From Naegleria gruberi (lineage: Eukaryota), in assembly GCA_000004985.1 (NCBI GenBank), contig GG738860.1: DNA of 64,000 nucleotides. One strand, written 5' to 3'. Shown here in pieces: positions 10,428-21,327 of the stretch. The first letter of the stretch is position 1, and each line of letters opens with the position of its first letter. Under the pieces are notes generated by a model. That model was not told the DNA's origin. It ran no database searches and was given only the letters and a program-made list of their open reading frames with translations. The position numbers and the translations under genes were made by a program.

Positions 10428-11678
10428 CTATTTCTTCTTTTGCTTGGCAATTCGTTCTTCCATTCTTACAATCATTTCCTTAATACGTTGTCTATAAATT
10501 TCCATCAATTCATGTCTTTGATTGAGTACCATTCCCTTGGTTTCAATTGGCTCACCCATTACTACATAAGCCTGATTTCCTGAATAAATTTTCCAATCAT
10601 CATATGGCCAAATATGATCAATGCCATAATGAATCACTGGAACAATTGATGCTTGAGTTTCAATGGCGAGAACAAAGAGACCCATCTTGTAAGGGAGGAG
10701 TTCTTTGCTGGAGGAGGTTTGTCTATCACCCTCTGGGTAAATGTAGGTCTGGAATAGACCTCTCTTCATTAATCTTCTCATATTATCAATGACTTCCCAA
10801 GATTGTTTTGGTATTTGACGAATAATAACCTCGCTACCAACTCCATAACTAATCCAACCAAAGAATGGGAAAAGGGCCATCTCAACATTCATTATAGTAA
10901 CAGAGTTTTGAGTCTTGTAGGCTAATTCAACTATTCCATCAGCCAAGCTTCTCTGATTTCCAATTGCGAATATGAATGGACCCTTTTCTCTAATTGTTTG
11001 TTCTTCCTTTAATGAGAGAGTTTTTGTAACTTTCACATTTGGATTTTTCTCATTAATCAAATGATAATACTCAAAAGCATTGAGCTTATTCAAATTTCTA
11101 GCAATATCACTCTCGTATAATACAGTTAAACTATTAAAGAATGCCCAGAAGAATAATTTACAAAAGAATACAATAATTGGATGGATCAAATAGAGATGTG
11201 TGAGAATGACATAATCCTTAGCTCTTTGCTCCTTTTCGTGGAGTGTCATTCCCTCCTTGTTTGTAGTTGTACTTTTTTTGAAATACCTAGCTATTAATCT
11301 TTCCTTTAATCGAAGAAGAGGAAAAATTACATTCTTAATTGTTCCTACTGTCATGTTTCTTACAATTCTAGAAAAAATTGTAATAATCAAACATGGTGTG
11401 GCACCAATTACAATAATCATCCACTTGGAGAAGTGAAACATATTCATTAAAGTTTCCTTCCATTCCTTCTTTTTGCTATTTTTCAATACCAATGAATTAG
11501 GTGATGAAGTAGAAGAATTAGAGTTGTCTTTGGCAGAACAAGTTGATAAATTCAAACCTTGTCCTCCTCCACCAATAGAAAGGGATATAGTTCCAATTAA
11601 ATGTTTTCCTATTACATTCAATCTCCTTCGTATGATGGGATTATTAATATTTAAATTATTCCCACTCGTTAAATTCAT
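10428..11678 (-). CDS. Lysophospholipid acyltransferase (AGPAT/LPLAT family)-like membrane protein. Motif I is divergent.
   Basis: 416-aa ORF with a real ATG. IYPEGDRQ corresponds to the FPEGTR motif. FAIGNQRSLADG corresponds to NHxxxxD with His replaced by Gln. N-terminal TM helices. Confidence 0.55.
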   Translation of the reverse strand: MNLTSGNNLNINNPIIRRRLNVIGKHLIGTISLSIGGGGQGLNLSTCSAKDNSNSSTSSPNSLVLKNSKKKEWKETLMNMFHFSKWMIIVIGATPCLIITIFSRIVRNMTVGTIKNVIFPLLRLKERLIARYFKKSTTTNKEGMTLHEKEQRAKDYVILTHLYLIHPIIVFFCKLFFWAFFNSLTVLYESDIARNLNKLNAFEYYHLINEKNPNVKVTKTLSLKEEQTIREKGPFIFAIGNQRSLADGIVELAYKTQNSVTIMNVEMALFPFFGWISYGVGSEVIIRQIPKQSWEVIDNMRRLMKRGLFQTYIYPEGDRQTSSSKELLPYKMGLFVLAIETQASIVPVIHYGIDHIWPYDDWKIYSGNQAYVVMGEPIETKGMVLNQRHELMEIYRQRIKEMIVRMEERIAKQKKK

Positions 11679-12245
11679 ACTAATTATATTGTGTTCATAT
11701 TCTTGCTGATGGGAAGAAGAAGTGTCTCCAGTCAGATTAATCTTATTCGGATATATTTTGCTGCTGTTGATTTATACAAATCCTACTCGATGACTTTCTT
11801 GATTCAAGATAATAATCATCACGGCCATCACGTGGTTGATTATCATGCATTTTTATTATTGGTTTGTAAACATCATCTCCATCCTTGTCTTGCGTAATCT
11901 TTGTTTATTCCGATTGCAATAAAAACATCAGCTGAAAGAACAATGTTATTTTCCTAAAGTCCATCCTTTCTCTCTTCTTCTATAAGAGTCAGTAAATCAA
12001 AAAATTGTTAGAACCATGTAGGACACGACACTCTTTTCAAACAGAATCAGGTGCATTGAAAGCTCTAGTTAGCTACTATCACACCTCTGGCTCTAAGTAC
12101 CTCTCCCGTATGAATGAAAGAAGTAATTAGTGTTGAGGGTTACGTTGCTTTGAAAGCCTATCATCTGCAGGCAATCAATTTAAGCGTTAGAGTGAGGGAA
12201 AAGGCGCCAACTTTTTGGTTTTTTAAAAATAATCATTAAAAAAAT

Positions 12246-14723
12246 ATGAGACGAAGTGCTGGTTGTTCAATGCAAGCAATGTGGAGGAAGGGTTTTCTTC
12301 TTCGGAATGGAGCACTTCTTGGAAAGGGATGTTCAGCACAATTTTTGTGTGGTGCTAATGGTAATAGTAATAATAATAACGGAGGAATGTATTTTGGATC
12401 AATAGTGGTTAGGAGAGCACATTCACCAATATTTAAATTGAATCAATTGAAAGAAAATGGAGAGGTGGATAATAGTGAAAAGATTGAAGAATTAAGTTCG
12501 GAAAAGTTACCTGATTTTGATTCATTGCCAAAACCTGTGCAGGAATATCTGATGAAAATTTCTGAAAATCCAGAACAACAAAGGGTATCTTTTGCCATGA
12601 GAGCAATGCATTCAATTTTGAAACAATATGAAAATAATTTATCAGTACTGACACCCTCATTCTACAATATTATTGCCTTCAATGTAGCAAGGAAACACAA
12701 GCACTTGAAATCAACAATCAAGTTGATTGAGTTGTTTGAAGATTTGGGAGTAATGTCACCATTACTTCACCGTTATGCAATAATATGCATGACTGATAGT
12801 TCGAATATTGGACAAACACCTCTCGGAGAAGTTTGGAAGTTTTTATTCAAGTACGATTTCACTCCTCATCCAGAGTCATTCAGAAAGTTCTTAATAGCCC
12901 TCATTGATCATGGAATGGAGGATAGTTCATTTGACAAAATTATTTTCGAAATGGATCCAGAAGCTTCACAAAAATATGGAAACAAGTTGCCAGTCCATGT
13001 AAAAATTAGATTCGTGCTAATTCACATGGTAAAATATGATATATCACTAACTTGGAAGCACTATAGACCTCTAGTTTTAGCACTTATTCGAGAAAATCAA
13101 AAGGATTTAATCACTACATTTTTTGAAACTCTCTATTCCAATAATAGGGTTTATGAAAATAGTGAATATTCACCATTTGAAGCTATTTCAGCAAGTTCTG
13201 TGCCTGGTTTTTCTCATTTAAATATTGAGAAAGATGGTAAACCTTATCATCAACCACTGTGGCCTTTGAGAAAAACAGGTAAAATTCAACTCATTTCACT
13301 TTTTGTCAAGGAATGCTCGGCAAGTAAGCTTTCAGATGTTGCGCAATATATTTTTAAAAAAACAACCAAGTACGTGAGTGTAGATACCAAGAGTATTAAT
13401 GCCATTTTGAATACAATGATTGAATCAAATGATATTCATGTATTTGACCTCTATAATGAGTTTAAGAGAGCCTATTCTCCTCTTATTAATATTGCAACCA
13501 TTACAATCATGCTCAAAGGATATACAAAGTTTATAGGACTCACCACCGATAGTTCTCTTCAAGTTTTACTTTACAAACAAGGATCAGAATTACAACAACA
13601 AGTACAAGACCTAAAAATTCATACAGACAAGTCCTACTTTAAGAATGTCATGTGGTTTTACCATGCTTGTAATTCATTTATTGATGTTGATATGAATAAC
13701 GTTGAAAATTTGTTACGATTTATGAGAAAATGTGGAATTAGAGCTGATGATGATTTTACAGTGTATATAATGATGGCACTTTCAAATAGCCCCGATGGTA
13801 TCAGCTTTTTCAAAAAGTATGCATCAAAGGCAAATCCTATCGATGTAAATATCTTGAATTGGGCCCTTAAAACGAGTCTCAACACTGAATGTTTTGAAGA
13901 TAGTGTAGACATTCTTTCATATCTTGGATCAGAACGAGATTCATACGTAGTGTGTTATAATGAAGAAACTTTCAAGATTTGCTTTAATATTTGGAAAAAG
14001 CTCATCTTGGTGGGTAAACCAGACGAGTTTCCAATCCACAAAGTTTTACAAGATATGGAAAAATGCTTCGCCAACAACACCCTTGAACCAACAGAGGACC
14101 TTCTCTCTTTTCTTGGGTCTGTTTTACTTAAATTTTACGAGAGTAAGAATATTGTTGGCGAAGATCTTTTGAAGAATACCATGACAGTCATTACAAAGTA
14201 TTATCCAAGTGAACTCATAGTAACCAAACCAAAATTGGTATCTTTAGCATTGAGTTCAGTTATTGGAAAGGGTTCTGTTGATATTAACCTTTTGGAGAAG
14301 ACTGTGACAATGTTGGAGACCTATGACGAAAATTTCTTTGATACCATTCACTATACACAATTATTGAGGATTATCAACAAGAGCAATACACCAAACAGAT
14401 GGAAACTAATGAGAATAATTTTACAAAAAATGACAAACACTAAAAAACACCCAAATCTGGTGACACTTCAAACAATAGTAGAGATAATTCTGAAAGAAAT
14501 GCCACACATGTACACACTACTTTTGCAAATATTGTCAATAATGAAAAATAGATTAATCTTTGACTCTGAGGCCACTGAAGTACATGTGAGAAGTAAGCAA
14601 CAATTGAGCTTGTGGTTGGAAGAAGTTACCGACTTGATATCTAAAGTGCGAGATCAAGAGACAGCTTTAGCTGAAAAGCAGATGGAAGCAAAATCTAATA
14701 GTTCAGAAGATTTACAAACCTAG
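12246..14723 (+). CDS. Hypothetical helical-repeat protein, possibly a mitochondrial PPR-like RNA-binding protein.
   Basis: 825-aa ORF with a real ATG. The N-terminus MRRSAGCSMQAMWRKGFLLRNG…RRAHS looks like a mitochondrial presequence. The rest is alpha-helical repeat-like. No firm motif. Confidence 0.4.
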   Translation: MRRSAGCSMQAMWRKGFLLRNGALLGKGCSAQFLCGANGNSNNNNGGMYFGSIVVRRAHSPIFKLNQLKENGEVDNSEKIEELSSEKLPDFDSLPKPVQEYLMKISENPEQQRVSFAMRAMHSILKQYENNLSVLTPSFYNIIAFNVARKHKHLKSTIKLIELFEDLGVMSPLLHRYAIICMTDSSNIGQTPLGEVWKFLFKYDFTPHPESFRKFLIALIDHGMEDSSFDKIIFEMDPEASQKYGNKLPVHVKIRFVLIHMVKYDISLTWKHYRPLVLALIRENQKDLITTFFETLYSNNRVYENSEYSPFEAISASSVPGFSHLNIEKDGKPYHQPLWPLRKTGKIQLISLFVKECSASKLSDVAQYIFKKTTKYVSVDTKSINAILNTMIESNDIHVFDLYNEFKRAYSPLINIATITIMLKGYTKFIGLTTDSSLQVLLYKQGSELQQQVQDLKIHTDKSYFKNVMWFYHACNSFIDVDMNNVENLLRFMRKCGIRADDDFTVYIMMALSNSPDGISFFKKYASKANPIDVNILNWALKTSLNTECFEDSVDILSYLGSERDSYVVCYNEETFKICFNIWKKLILVGKPDEFPIHKVLQDMEKCFANNTLEPTEDLLSFLGSVLLKFYESKNIVGEDLLKNTMTVITKYYPSELIVTKPKLVSLALSSVIGKGSVDINLLEKTVTMLETYDENFFDTIHYTQLLRIINKSNTPNRWKLMRIILQKMTNTKKHPNLVTLQTIVEIILKEMPHMYTLLLQILSIMKNRLIFDSEATEVHVRSKQQLSLWLEEVTDLISKVRDQETALAEKQMEAKSNSSEDLQT

Positions 14724-14741
14724 TTTTTTATTATTAATAAA

Positions 14742-17700
14742 TTAGTGAATAGTTTCATACAACTCCATTGCAGTATCAAGCAATAAAGTATCAAATAGTT
14801 GGTCAGTAATAAAGTTTTTGATCATTTCTTCTTCGAGGTTTGAGGATTTCCATTTTTCTGCAGGTTTGAGGATACCAGGAATTAAAGGAATTGAATGTTT
14901 TGGAAGGTATTCATTTTCCATGTCAGAGAGTGTATGATCAACAAATTGCTCATTCTTGGATAATTCAAAGGATTTAACAAGGCTATCAAACACAAATTGG
15001 AAAGGAGTCAATTGATGAACATTGGTGTAATTATTCTTTTTCTTTCTAATATTTTCTTCTCTTCCAAAGACGTGACCCTTAAATGCAACTCCAACGTGTT
15101 CAGATTGCATGATGGTGTTGTATTCACTCAGGTAAAAATTGAATGATTCCAAGACGAGTTGATTAAAAGCATCTTGATTAGGATTGGATGACTTTTCAAG
15201 AACTGATACGTCAACAAGATTACAGACAGATCCAACCTTGTCTAGATTCTTATCCTTAGAATTGTTGTGAATAATATTTAGAAGATTTTCTACATGTTCC
15301 CTAGTTTGAATAATTTCTCCTGATCTTGGTTTTTCTTTGAGGGAAGGTAATGGACCTAGTTTAGTATTGAAAACATGGTATTCGTCATGATCGTGAATGT
15401 GCATATCTGATAAAGTTTCTCCAGTAAAGTCTTCATCTTCGTCGTGATGATCAACTTGCTGTGGAGATTGTTGCTCGTGTAAGTGAATATCATCATCACC
15501 AATAGTATTTTCGTCTTCAATAGAATCGCTGGAAAAGTCAAAGTCATCTTGCTCCAATACTTCTTCTTCCACGTGGAACTTTTCAGTTTGAGGTGATGGT
15601 TCTGAGTCAACCTTGTTTTCGTCGAAATCTTCAAAATCAGAACTAATATCATCATCAAAATCTGATTGAGCAAGCATTTGTTGCTGTTTAGCATCTTCTT
15701 CGTCATTGAGCTTCTTTAACCTAAGTTCTTCTTGTCTTTGCTCTTCCTTTCTGAGTTCTTCTTGACGTAACTGTTCCTTTCTCAATTCTTCTTGTCTTTG
15801 TTCTTCTCTTCTGACTTCCTCCAACTCTTGTTGTTTTTGTTGTTCCTTTCTTAATTCCTCTCTTCTGAGCTCTTCTTGACGTAATTGCTCTTTTCTTAAC
15901 TCCTCTTGTCTCAGATCTTCCTTTCTTTGTTCTTCTCTTCTGATTTCGTCTTGACGAGTTAATTCCTTTTGGTTTTGTTCTTGTTGCTTCAACTCGTCTT
16001 TCAATTTGAGGATTCTGAGCTCTTCCTTTCTCAATTCTTCCTTTCTGAGCTCTTCCTTTTCGATTTCAGCTTGTTTACGTTTCTCCTGTCTAATACGTTC
16101 GTCCTCAAGCTCTTTGTTCCTTAATTGCTCCTTTCGTTTGATTTCCTCTTGTTGCTCTTGCAGCATTTCCATCTTTTTTCTAATTTCTTCTTCAGATGCT
16201 TCTTGCTTTTTGAGTGAATTCTTCAACAATTCTTCTTGCTTTTCCTTCTCCCTTCTGAGTCTTTCTTCTTCTTTTCTCAACTCTTCCTTTTTCTTTGAAT
16301 AGGTAAGTCTTTCTTCTTCAAGTCTTGCCTTTTCTTCATCGAGTTGTTGCATTTTGAGTTTTTCTTGCTCTACTCTGTCTTGTTGTCTTCTTTGGAACTC
16401 TTGCTTTTCTTGTTCTAATTGCTCCTGTTCCTCATGAAGTCTTTCGAGCTCTTCCCTAATGCTATCCTCTCTTTCAGAATCTTGTAAGAGTAACTCCCTC
16501 TTGAGCTTTTCTTGCTTCTCTTGTTCCTTCTTGAGAAGAATTTCCTTTTGTTTTACAAGCTCTTGTTCCATCTTTTTGGCAAGCTCTTCTTCCTTTCTTT
16601 TGGCAACTTCCATCTCAATGTGTTTACGAAGATTATCTTCCTGTTCCAATTGATTTCTTCTCATTTCATCCTCATGTTCTTTGGCAAGACGTTGTTGATC
16701 TTCGAGCTGCTGTTTACTTTCATTGAGCTTGTTTTCAAGTTGCTTTCTGAGAGACTTTTCTTTTTCGAGCATTTCTCTCAACCTATTCTCTTCTTGAATC
16801 TTTCTTTCAGTCTCTTCTTCGAGTTCTCTTCTCTTTCTTTCTTCATTGAGCAATTTTTGTCTAAGAACCTCTTCCTGACCCTTGAGTTTAACAAGATTTT
16901 GTTCTTCTTCTAACTTTTTTCTGAGAGCTTCTTCCATCTTTTTAGAAAGCTCCTCTTCCTTTCTTTTGGCAATGAGCTCAATTTGTTTTCTAATTATTTC
17001 TTCCTGCTCGGCCTGTCTTCTCTTTAATTCTTCTTCTTGTTCCTTCAAGAGCCTTTGTTGTTCCTCTTTATGTTTGAGAAGTTGTTGTTCCATCTTTCTG
17101 TCCATCTCTTCCTCTTTTCTTTTAGCGACTTCCATTTCGATCTGGACACGAAGCTTTTGCTCTTGGTCGAGTTGCTTTCTCTTAAGGTCATCTTCTTGCT
17201 CACGAACAATACGTTGTTGCTCTTCAAGTTGCTGCTTACTCTTGCTGAGCTTGTCTTCAAGTTGCTTACGTAAAAGTTTTTCTCTTTCAAGCATATCCTT
17301 AAGCTGAGACTCTTCTTCAAAGAACTTTTCAGTTGTTTGTTCGAGTTCCCTCCTCTTTCTCTCTTCAGATAAGAGCTTGTGTCTCAAAGCTTGCTCTTCA
17401 TTCTTGAGTTTGAGAATATTATTTTCTTCCTCCAACTTTCTCTTCAACTCTTCTTCCATATTTCTGGAGAGTTCATCGTCCTTTCTCTTAGAGACAAGTT
17501 CAAGCTGCTTACGAATAATGTCTTCTTGTTCAATATGTCTTCTTCTCATTTCCTCTTCTTGTTCTCTAGCAAGACGTTGTTGTTCTTCGAGTTGTTGTTT
17601 ACTCCTACTGAGCTTATCTTCAAGTTGCTTACGTAAAAGTTTTTCCTTCTCAAGCATGTCTTTCAATTGCTTATCCTCTTCAGATAGCTTTTCATTGGAA

Positions 17701-19559
17701 TCTTTGAGTTCGCGTCTCTTGGCCTCTTCTTCGATGAACTGAGTGATGATTGACTCTCTTTGGGCAAATTGTTGTTCAAGTCTCAACCTCATCTCTTCAT
17801 CCCTCTTTCTACGTTCATTATCGATTTCTTCTAACTTTTTTCTAATAATTTCCTCTTCTATTTGTCTCTTCATTACATAATCTTGTTCTATCTTCTTCAG
17901 AAGATTTTCCTTAATTTCATTTTCAATTTTTGCCTTGAGATCCTCTTGAGTGATTTCTTCATCAACTCTCTTCAGCTTTTTTCTCTTTACAGAATTCGAT
18001 ACAGGAGAAGTAGAAATTTCCTCAGATGATGTTTCGCTTTCATAAGAGGTTTCTGAAAGCTTTTTATCTTGAATCATGAGTTCATTCTTGACCTCCTTGA
18101 TCTTTTGCTCTATCTTCTTGGAACGAAGCAATTGTTGTATCTTGGCCTCTTGCTTCTTCTTTTTGGAACGAAGAGCTTTGAGTTCCATTTTCATATTCTC
18201 AATGTTTCTTTCTCTCTCTTCGAATTCTGTTGAAACACTCAGTGTTTCTTCAAAAGACATACTCGAAGTAGTATCCATCAAAGATTCTTCTCTAAGAAGT
18301 TGACTATTATGAATATTTTCAGCCTTTTTACCCAGCATTTCAAGAGCTTCTTCTTCTTTTTTAATTTCATTTTCCAACTTCTTTTCGAGCAAGCTAGCTC
18401 TTTTGATGTTTATCGAAAGAATACTCTCTTCTGATTGTTTGATTTTCTCAATTACATTGAGAGAATCAATTAATCGCCTTGAGATGTCTTCCTTAGACTT
18501 TTCATCAGGCTTTTTACCTTGAGGAGAAGTACCAACTTGGGCATCCATCGTTAGTTTTGGTTTTTCAACTTCTTTAAAAATTTCTCTATCAACAAAGTTT
18601 GGATGAGAAACAAAATTAGGTGAAGGCTTAGTGTAAACAATGTTTGTAGGTTGGCGTCTTAGAAGGTCATCAGTACTAGGTAATTCAAGTATCTCTGGAC
18701 TTGATGGTCTCTGTTCAGTCCAAGCTTGTTTTATGGTATTATTGTTCGATGGATGGTTTTGAATATAGGACGAGTTATGATTATCTTGGTGGGATGTCAC
18801 AATTACTTTTGACATTGGTGGAGAGGAATGGATTGGGCTGAATGGTTGTTGAGCGAAAATGGTTGGCTCTGTTTTGTACATTTCCTTTCGTATCTCTGAG
18901 TATACGTGTGGGAACATGACTTCTCGTCTGTCAATCTCGGAAGGGTATAGATTATGATCATAATATAATGGTGCAGAATATGGCCTAGTGTCCGTTTCTG
19001 ACTTGGTCTTTTTAACTTTCTTTTTCTTTGCATCTCCACTTGATTTTTCCCCTTCCTTTTTTTTAGATTTTTCTTCTTTTCGTATTGAGGAAGAAGGTGG
19101 AGTCTTAGATCTATGTTTCTTTAAAAGAGAATCCAAAGTTGTTACTATTTTTTGTTCTTGTTCGGATGTCATCTTTTTCATCTTCTTCTTTGGAGAAATA
19201 GATTTCTTCTTAGGTTTTGGCACTGTCTTGCTTACATATGCTTCTAATTTTTGAAGTGTTTGTTCTCTCTTTGTCCTTTCGGCTTCCTTTGCCTTATTAA
19301 TCTCTGCTTTTTGATTAAATATTTCCTTCTGCTTCTTTTTCATAAACTCTTTTACTTTATCCTCATCATAGGGTTTCTTTCTATCCATATAATAAGGCTT
19401 TAAATCAACCTTAGGTTCTTCCTTAGGTTTTGTTATTGGAGCTTTTTGAAGGACTGGTGGTGTTGTGGAGGAAGACTTTTTTGGTGGAGCTGAAGATGGT
19501 CTTGTTTCATAGGGTGATTTTTTGCTCGGTGTTGATGATTTACTACTCAAAGAAAACAA
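14742..19559 (-). CDS. Giant (at least 1,605 aa) coiled-coil protein, E/K/R/Q-rich, with internal tandem repeats and an acidic DFDDD/SSD segment. Possibly a cytoskeletal or centrosomal scaffold.
   Basis: Continuous minus-strand ORF. The track start is TTG, so the N-terminal exon lies upstream. The minus ORF 19595..19882 ends in tcgTAAGTG and is a candidate 5' exon. The central 390 aa consist of units of about 120 aa (…KLLRKQLEDKLSKSKQQLEEQQR…IEMEVAKRKEEE…). The C-terminal part is a non-repetitive globular domain. Confidence 0.6.
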   Translation of the reverse strand: MFSLSSKSSTPSKKSPYETRPSSAPPKKSSSTTPPVLQKAPITKPKEEPKVDLKPYYMDRKKPYDEDKVKEFMKKKQKEIFNQKAEINKAKEAERTKREQTLQKLEAYVSKTVPKPKKKSISPKKKMKKMTSEQEQKIVTTLDSLLKKHRSKTPPSSSIRKEEKSKKKEGEKSSGDAKKKKVKKTKSETDTRPYSAPLYYDHNLYPSEIDRREVMFPHVYSEIRKEMYKTEPTIFAQQPFSPIHSSPPMSKVIVTSHQDNHNSSYIQNHPSNNNTIKQAWTEQRPSSPEILELPSTDDLLRRQPTNIVYTKPSPNFVSHPNFVDREIFKEVEKPKLTMDAQVGTSPQGKKPDEKSKEDISRRLIDSLNVIEKIKQSEESILSINIKRASLLEKKLENEIKKEEEALEMLGKKAENIHNSQLLREESLMDTTSSMSFEETLSVSTEFEERERNIENMKMELKALRSKKKKQEAKIQQLLRSKKIEQKIKEVKNELMIQDKKLSETSYESETSSEEISTSPVSNSVKRKKLKRVDEEITQEDLKAKIENEIKENLLKKIEQDYVMKRQIEEEIIRKKLEEIDNERRKRDEEMRLRLEQQFAQRESIITQFIEEEAKRRELKDSNEKLSEEDKQLKDMLEKEKLLRKQLEDKLSRSKQQLEEQQRLAREQEEEMRRRHIEQEDIIRKQLELVSKRKDDELSRNMEEELKRKLEEENNILKLKNEEQALRHKLLSEERKRRELEQTTEKFFEEESQLKDMLEREKLLRKQLEDKLSKSKQQLEEQQRIVREQEDDLKRKQLDQEQKLRVQIEMEVAKRKEEEMDRKMEQQLLKHKEEQQRLLKEQEEELKRRQAEQEEIIRKQIELIAKRKEEELSKKMEEALRKKLEEEQNLVKLKGQEEVLRQKLLNEERKRRELEEETERKIQEENRLREMLEKEKSLRKQLENKLNESKQQLEDQQRLAKEHEDEMRRNQLEQEDNLRKHIEMEVAKRKEEELAKKMEQELVKQKEILLKKEQEKQEKLKRELLLQDSEREDSIREELERLHEEQEQLEQEKQEFQRRQQDRVEQEKLKMQQLDEEKARLEEERLTYSKKKEELRKEEERLRREKEKQEELLKNSLKKQEASEEEIRKKMEMLQEQQEEIKRKEQLRNKELEDERIRQEKRKQAEIEKEELRKEELRKEELRILKLKDELKQQEQNQKELTRQDEIRREEQRKEDLRQEELRKEQLRQEELRREELRKEQQKQQELEEVRREEQRQEELRKEQLRQEELRKEEQRQEELRLKKLNDEEDAKQQQMLAQSDFDDDISSDFEDFDENKVDSEPSPQTEKFHVEEEVLEQDDFDFSSDSIEDENTIGDDDIHLHEQQSPQQVDHHDEDEDFTGETLSDMHIHDHDEYHVFNTKLGPLPSLKEKPRSGEIIQTREHVENLLNIIHNNSKDKNLDKVGSVCNLVDVSVLEKSSNPNQDAFNQLVLESFNFYLSEYNTIMQSEHVGVAFKGHVFGREENIRKKKNNYTNVHQLTPFQFVFDSLVKSFELSKNEQFVDHTLSDMENEYLPKHSIPLIPGILKPAEKWKSSNLEEEMIKNFITDQLFDTLLLDTAMELYETIH
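15716..15960. repeat. Short-period (about 30 bp) degenerate tandem repeat that encodes the (EELRKEQLRQ)n part of the coiled-coil protein.
   Basis: Repeated ttcttcttgtctttg / ttcctttct blocks. The protein reads RQEELRKEQLRQEELRREELRKEQ… Boundaries are approximate. Confidence 0.45.
16500..17900. repeat. In-frame tandem repeat inside the coiled-coil gene, about 3.5 units and about 360 bp per unit.
   Basis: Near-identical DNA blocks: agttgcttacgtaaaagtttttc at about 17263 and about 17623, and a diverged copy at about 16743. The protein units are EEMRRRHIEQEDIIRKQLEL…/EEELKRRQAEQEEIIRKQIEL… Boundaries are approximate. Confidence 0.55.
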
Positions 19560-20003
19560 GGTTAGAATTTATCAAGAATTCAAGAATTCAACACTTACGA
19601 TGTGTTTGTTGTTGTGGCTGTATTGGGTTGTTGTTGATCTGTTGCTGTATTGTTGTAGCTGTTTGTAAATAAAACTCGTGATGTTATTGTTGGTATGGCT
19701 GTATTATAACCAGAAAAGAAACTATCTTCCTCATGTATTGGATCCCTAACTACCTCAGGAGATGCCGATTTTTCTTGGACGACATTGTGAGGCGATTGGG
19801 AATGTGTGGACATTTTTTTTTGTATTTGGATGAAATTTAGGCGCCAAATTTTGGTACGAAAATGTAAAGAGTTTGGCGCCAAGGATTTCCTGAATCAATA
19901 ACAATGAAAATGGAAAATTATTTTCATCATTCAAGTGTTCTGAATGAATTTGTTGTTTTTTCCACTTTCACAAGTTTGAAAATGTAATGATTACAACAAT
20001 ATT

Positions 20004-20708
20004 TTACATGCATAATGTAAAATACAATAATACTAGTAAGGTGATCAAAGTTGTAGTACCTCCTGATAGACTTGAATGTAGTGTCATTGAATTGCCTGTA
20101 CACATGACAGAATCTGCCATATCAAAACTCTTCCAAGAACCTTGATAAACTCTATTAATTCCATTACTTGTTGATAGACATCTAAAATCTATCAACTCTC
20201 TCGAGTTACAACTTGCATAATAATTCTCACACGAGGACATGCAGAGATTGTAAATTTGTGTTGACTCGTCCCTACTCACATCACATAGTGGAAAGAAGTG
20301 TTGACAAATGTAACGTCTTGCTGCATTGTAGCACTGACTTTTTTGAAATAATCCCTTGTGATAGACTTCCGAGTTGAATGATAATAATGCCTGTCTATCA
20401 CTCAATTTTAAATAATCAACAATTGTCAAGTTGTAAGAGTCAAAGGTTGATGAAGAATTGGTGAGTGTTAAATTATTAGATATGCAAATTCGTATCGATT
20501 CGTTGAGTGTCATGTACTCGTTGATAGTTTCCAAGCAGAAAGTTTCGTTTGCATTCGTTTGCGAAATAAAATCATAGAGAAGAGGAGAAGATAGAGAGGT
20601 ACATTCACCCGAACAAGATCCATAGAAATTGTTATTGTTTAATGTTTCCGATTCGTTCATAAGTGTGAACACCAAGAGAATGACAAGAAAGAATGAAGGA
20701 TTTTTCAT
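20004..20708 (-). CDS. Secreted or GPI-anchored Cys-rich protein, possibly with a Frizzled-type CRD-like module.
   Basis: Signal peptide MKNPSFFLVILLVFTLMNESE. C-terminal hydrophobic tail GGTTTLITLLVLLYFTLCM. Cys pattern CYNAARRYICQHFFPLCD…LCMSSCENYYASC…FRC. The track start at 20744 is TTG; the real ATG is at 20706-20708. Confidence 0.5.
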   Translation of the reverse strand: MKNPSFFLVILLVFTLMNESETLNNNNFYGSCSGECTSLSSPLLYDFISQTNANETFCLETINEYMTLNESIRICISNNLTLTNSSSTFDSYNLTIVDYLKLSDRQALLSFNSEVYHKGLFQKSQCYNAARRYICQHFFPLCDVSRDESTQIYNLCMSSCENYYASCNSRELIDFRCLSTSNGINRVYQGSWKSFDMADSVMCTGNSMTLHSSLSGGTTTLITLLVLLYFTLCM

Positions 20709-20812
20709 GTTGTTGGAATTTTTTTTGATTTGTGAATTGGCCAATAATTATAATCACCTCAATTTTTGTCTCGAAACGAGGATGTGCTTGCAATTTAAAT
20801 TTTAAAAAAAAA

Positions 20813-21327
20813 ATGATGTCAGCAACAGGAAATCATCATGAACAACAAAATAATGAACAACAGCAGTCGGAAAGAGCCAACCGTAAAAAGATTTTAGATG
20901 CTGTCTTGGAGTATTATTCAGAGGCTTTTTCTATAGAAAAAAGTAACGAGCAAATTAAAAACAAAATGGACCTTTGTTTACCGAAACATGTCTGTAAGCG
21001 TATTTCATTTAAATTATTGAAAACAGGAGCAAATATAAATTCCATTAGTGAGAAAGTTTTGAAAATTCCAAAAAAAGAAAAGAAAATTGAAAATCATGAA
21101 GAAGTGCTTCTTTCCCAAGCAGACTTGGATGATTTTAATAAGGAACCAACACAACATGACACTGAGGAGAAAAAAAAACAAATAATGGAGTATACTGAGC
21201 AGTATGTTCAGAAAAAGTCACAGAGTGTGCTTTCACAGATGGATAGTATTACTTTTCCCAAAAAGATTAGAGCAAGACTTGATCAAATTTCTAATATTAT
21301 TGCTAAAACCTGTATTCATCTAGAAGA
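20813..21327 (+). CDS. 5' part of a gene interrupted by the scaffold gap. Hypothetical basic/acidic protein.
   Basis: ATG at 20813 (MMSATGNHHEQQNNEQ…). The ORF is open until the N run begins at 21328. Confidence 0.4.

Noticed and set aside
16006-17742. Multiple plus-strand ORFs (98-141 aa, Ser/Leu/Phe/Cys-rich) antisense to the coiled-coil gene.
   Set aside because: They are a low-complexity mirror image of the GAA/AAG-rich coding strand. There is no independent coding signal.
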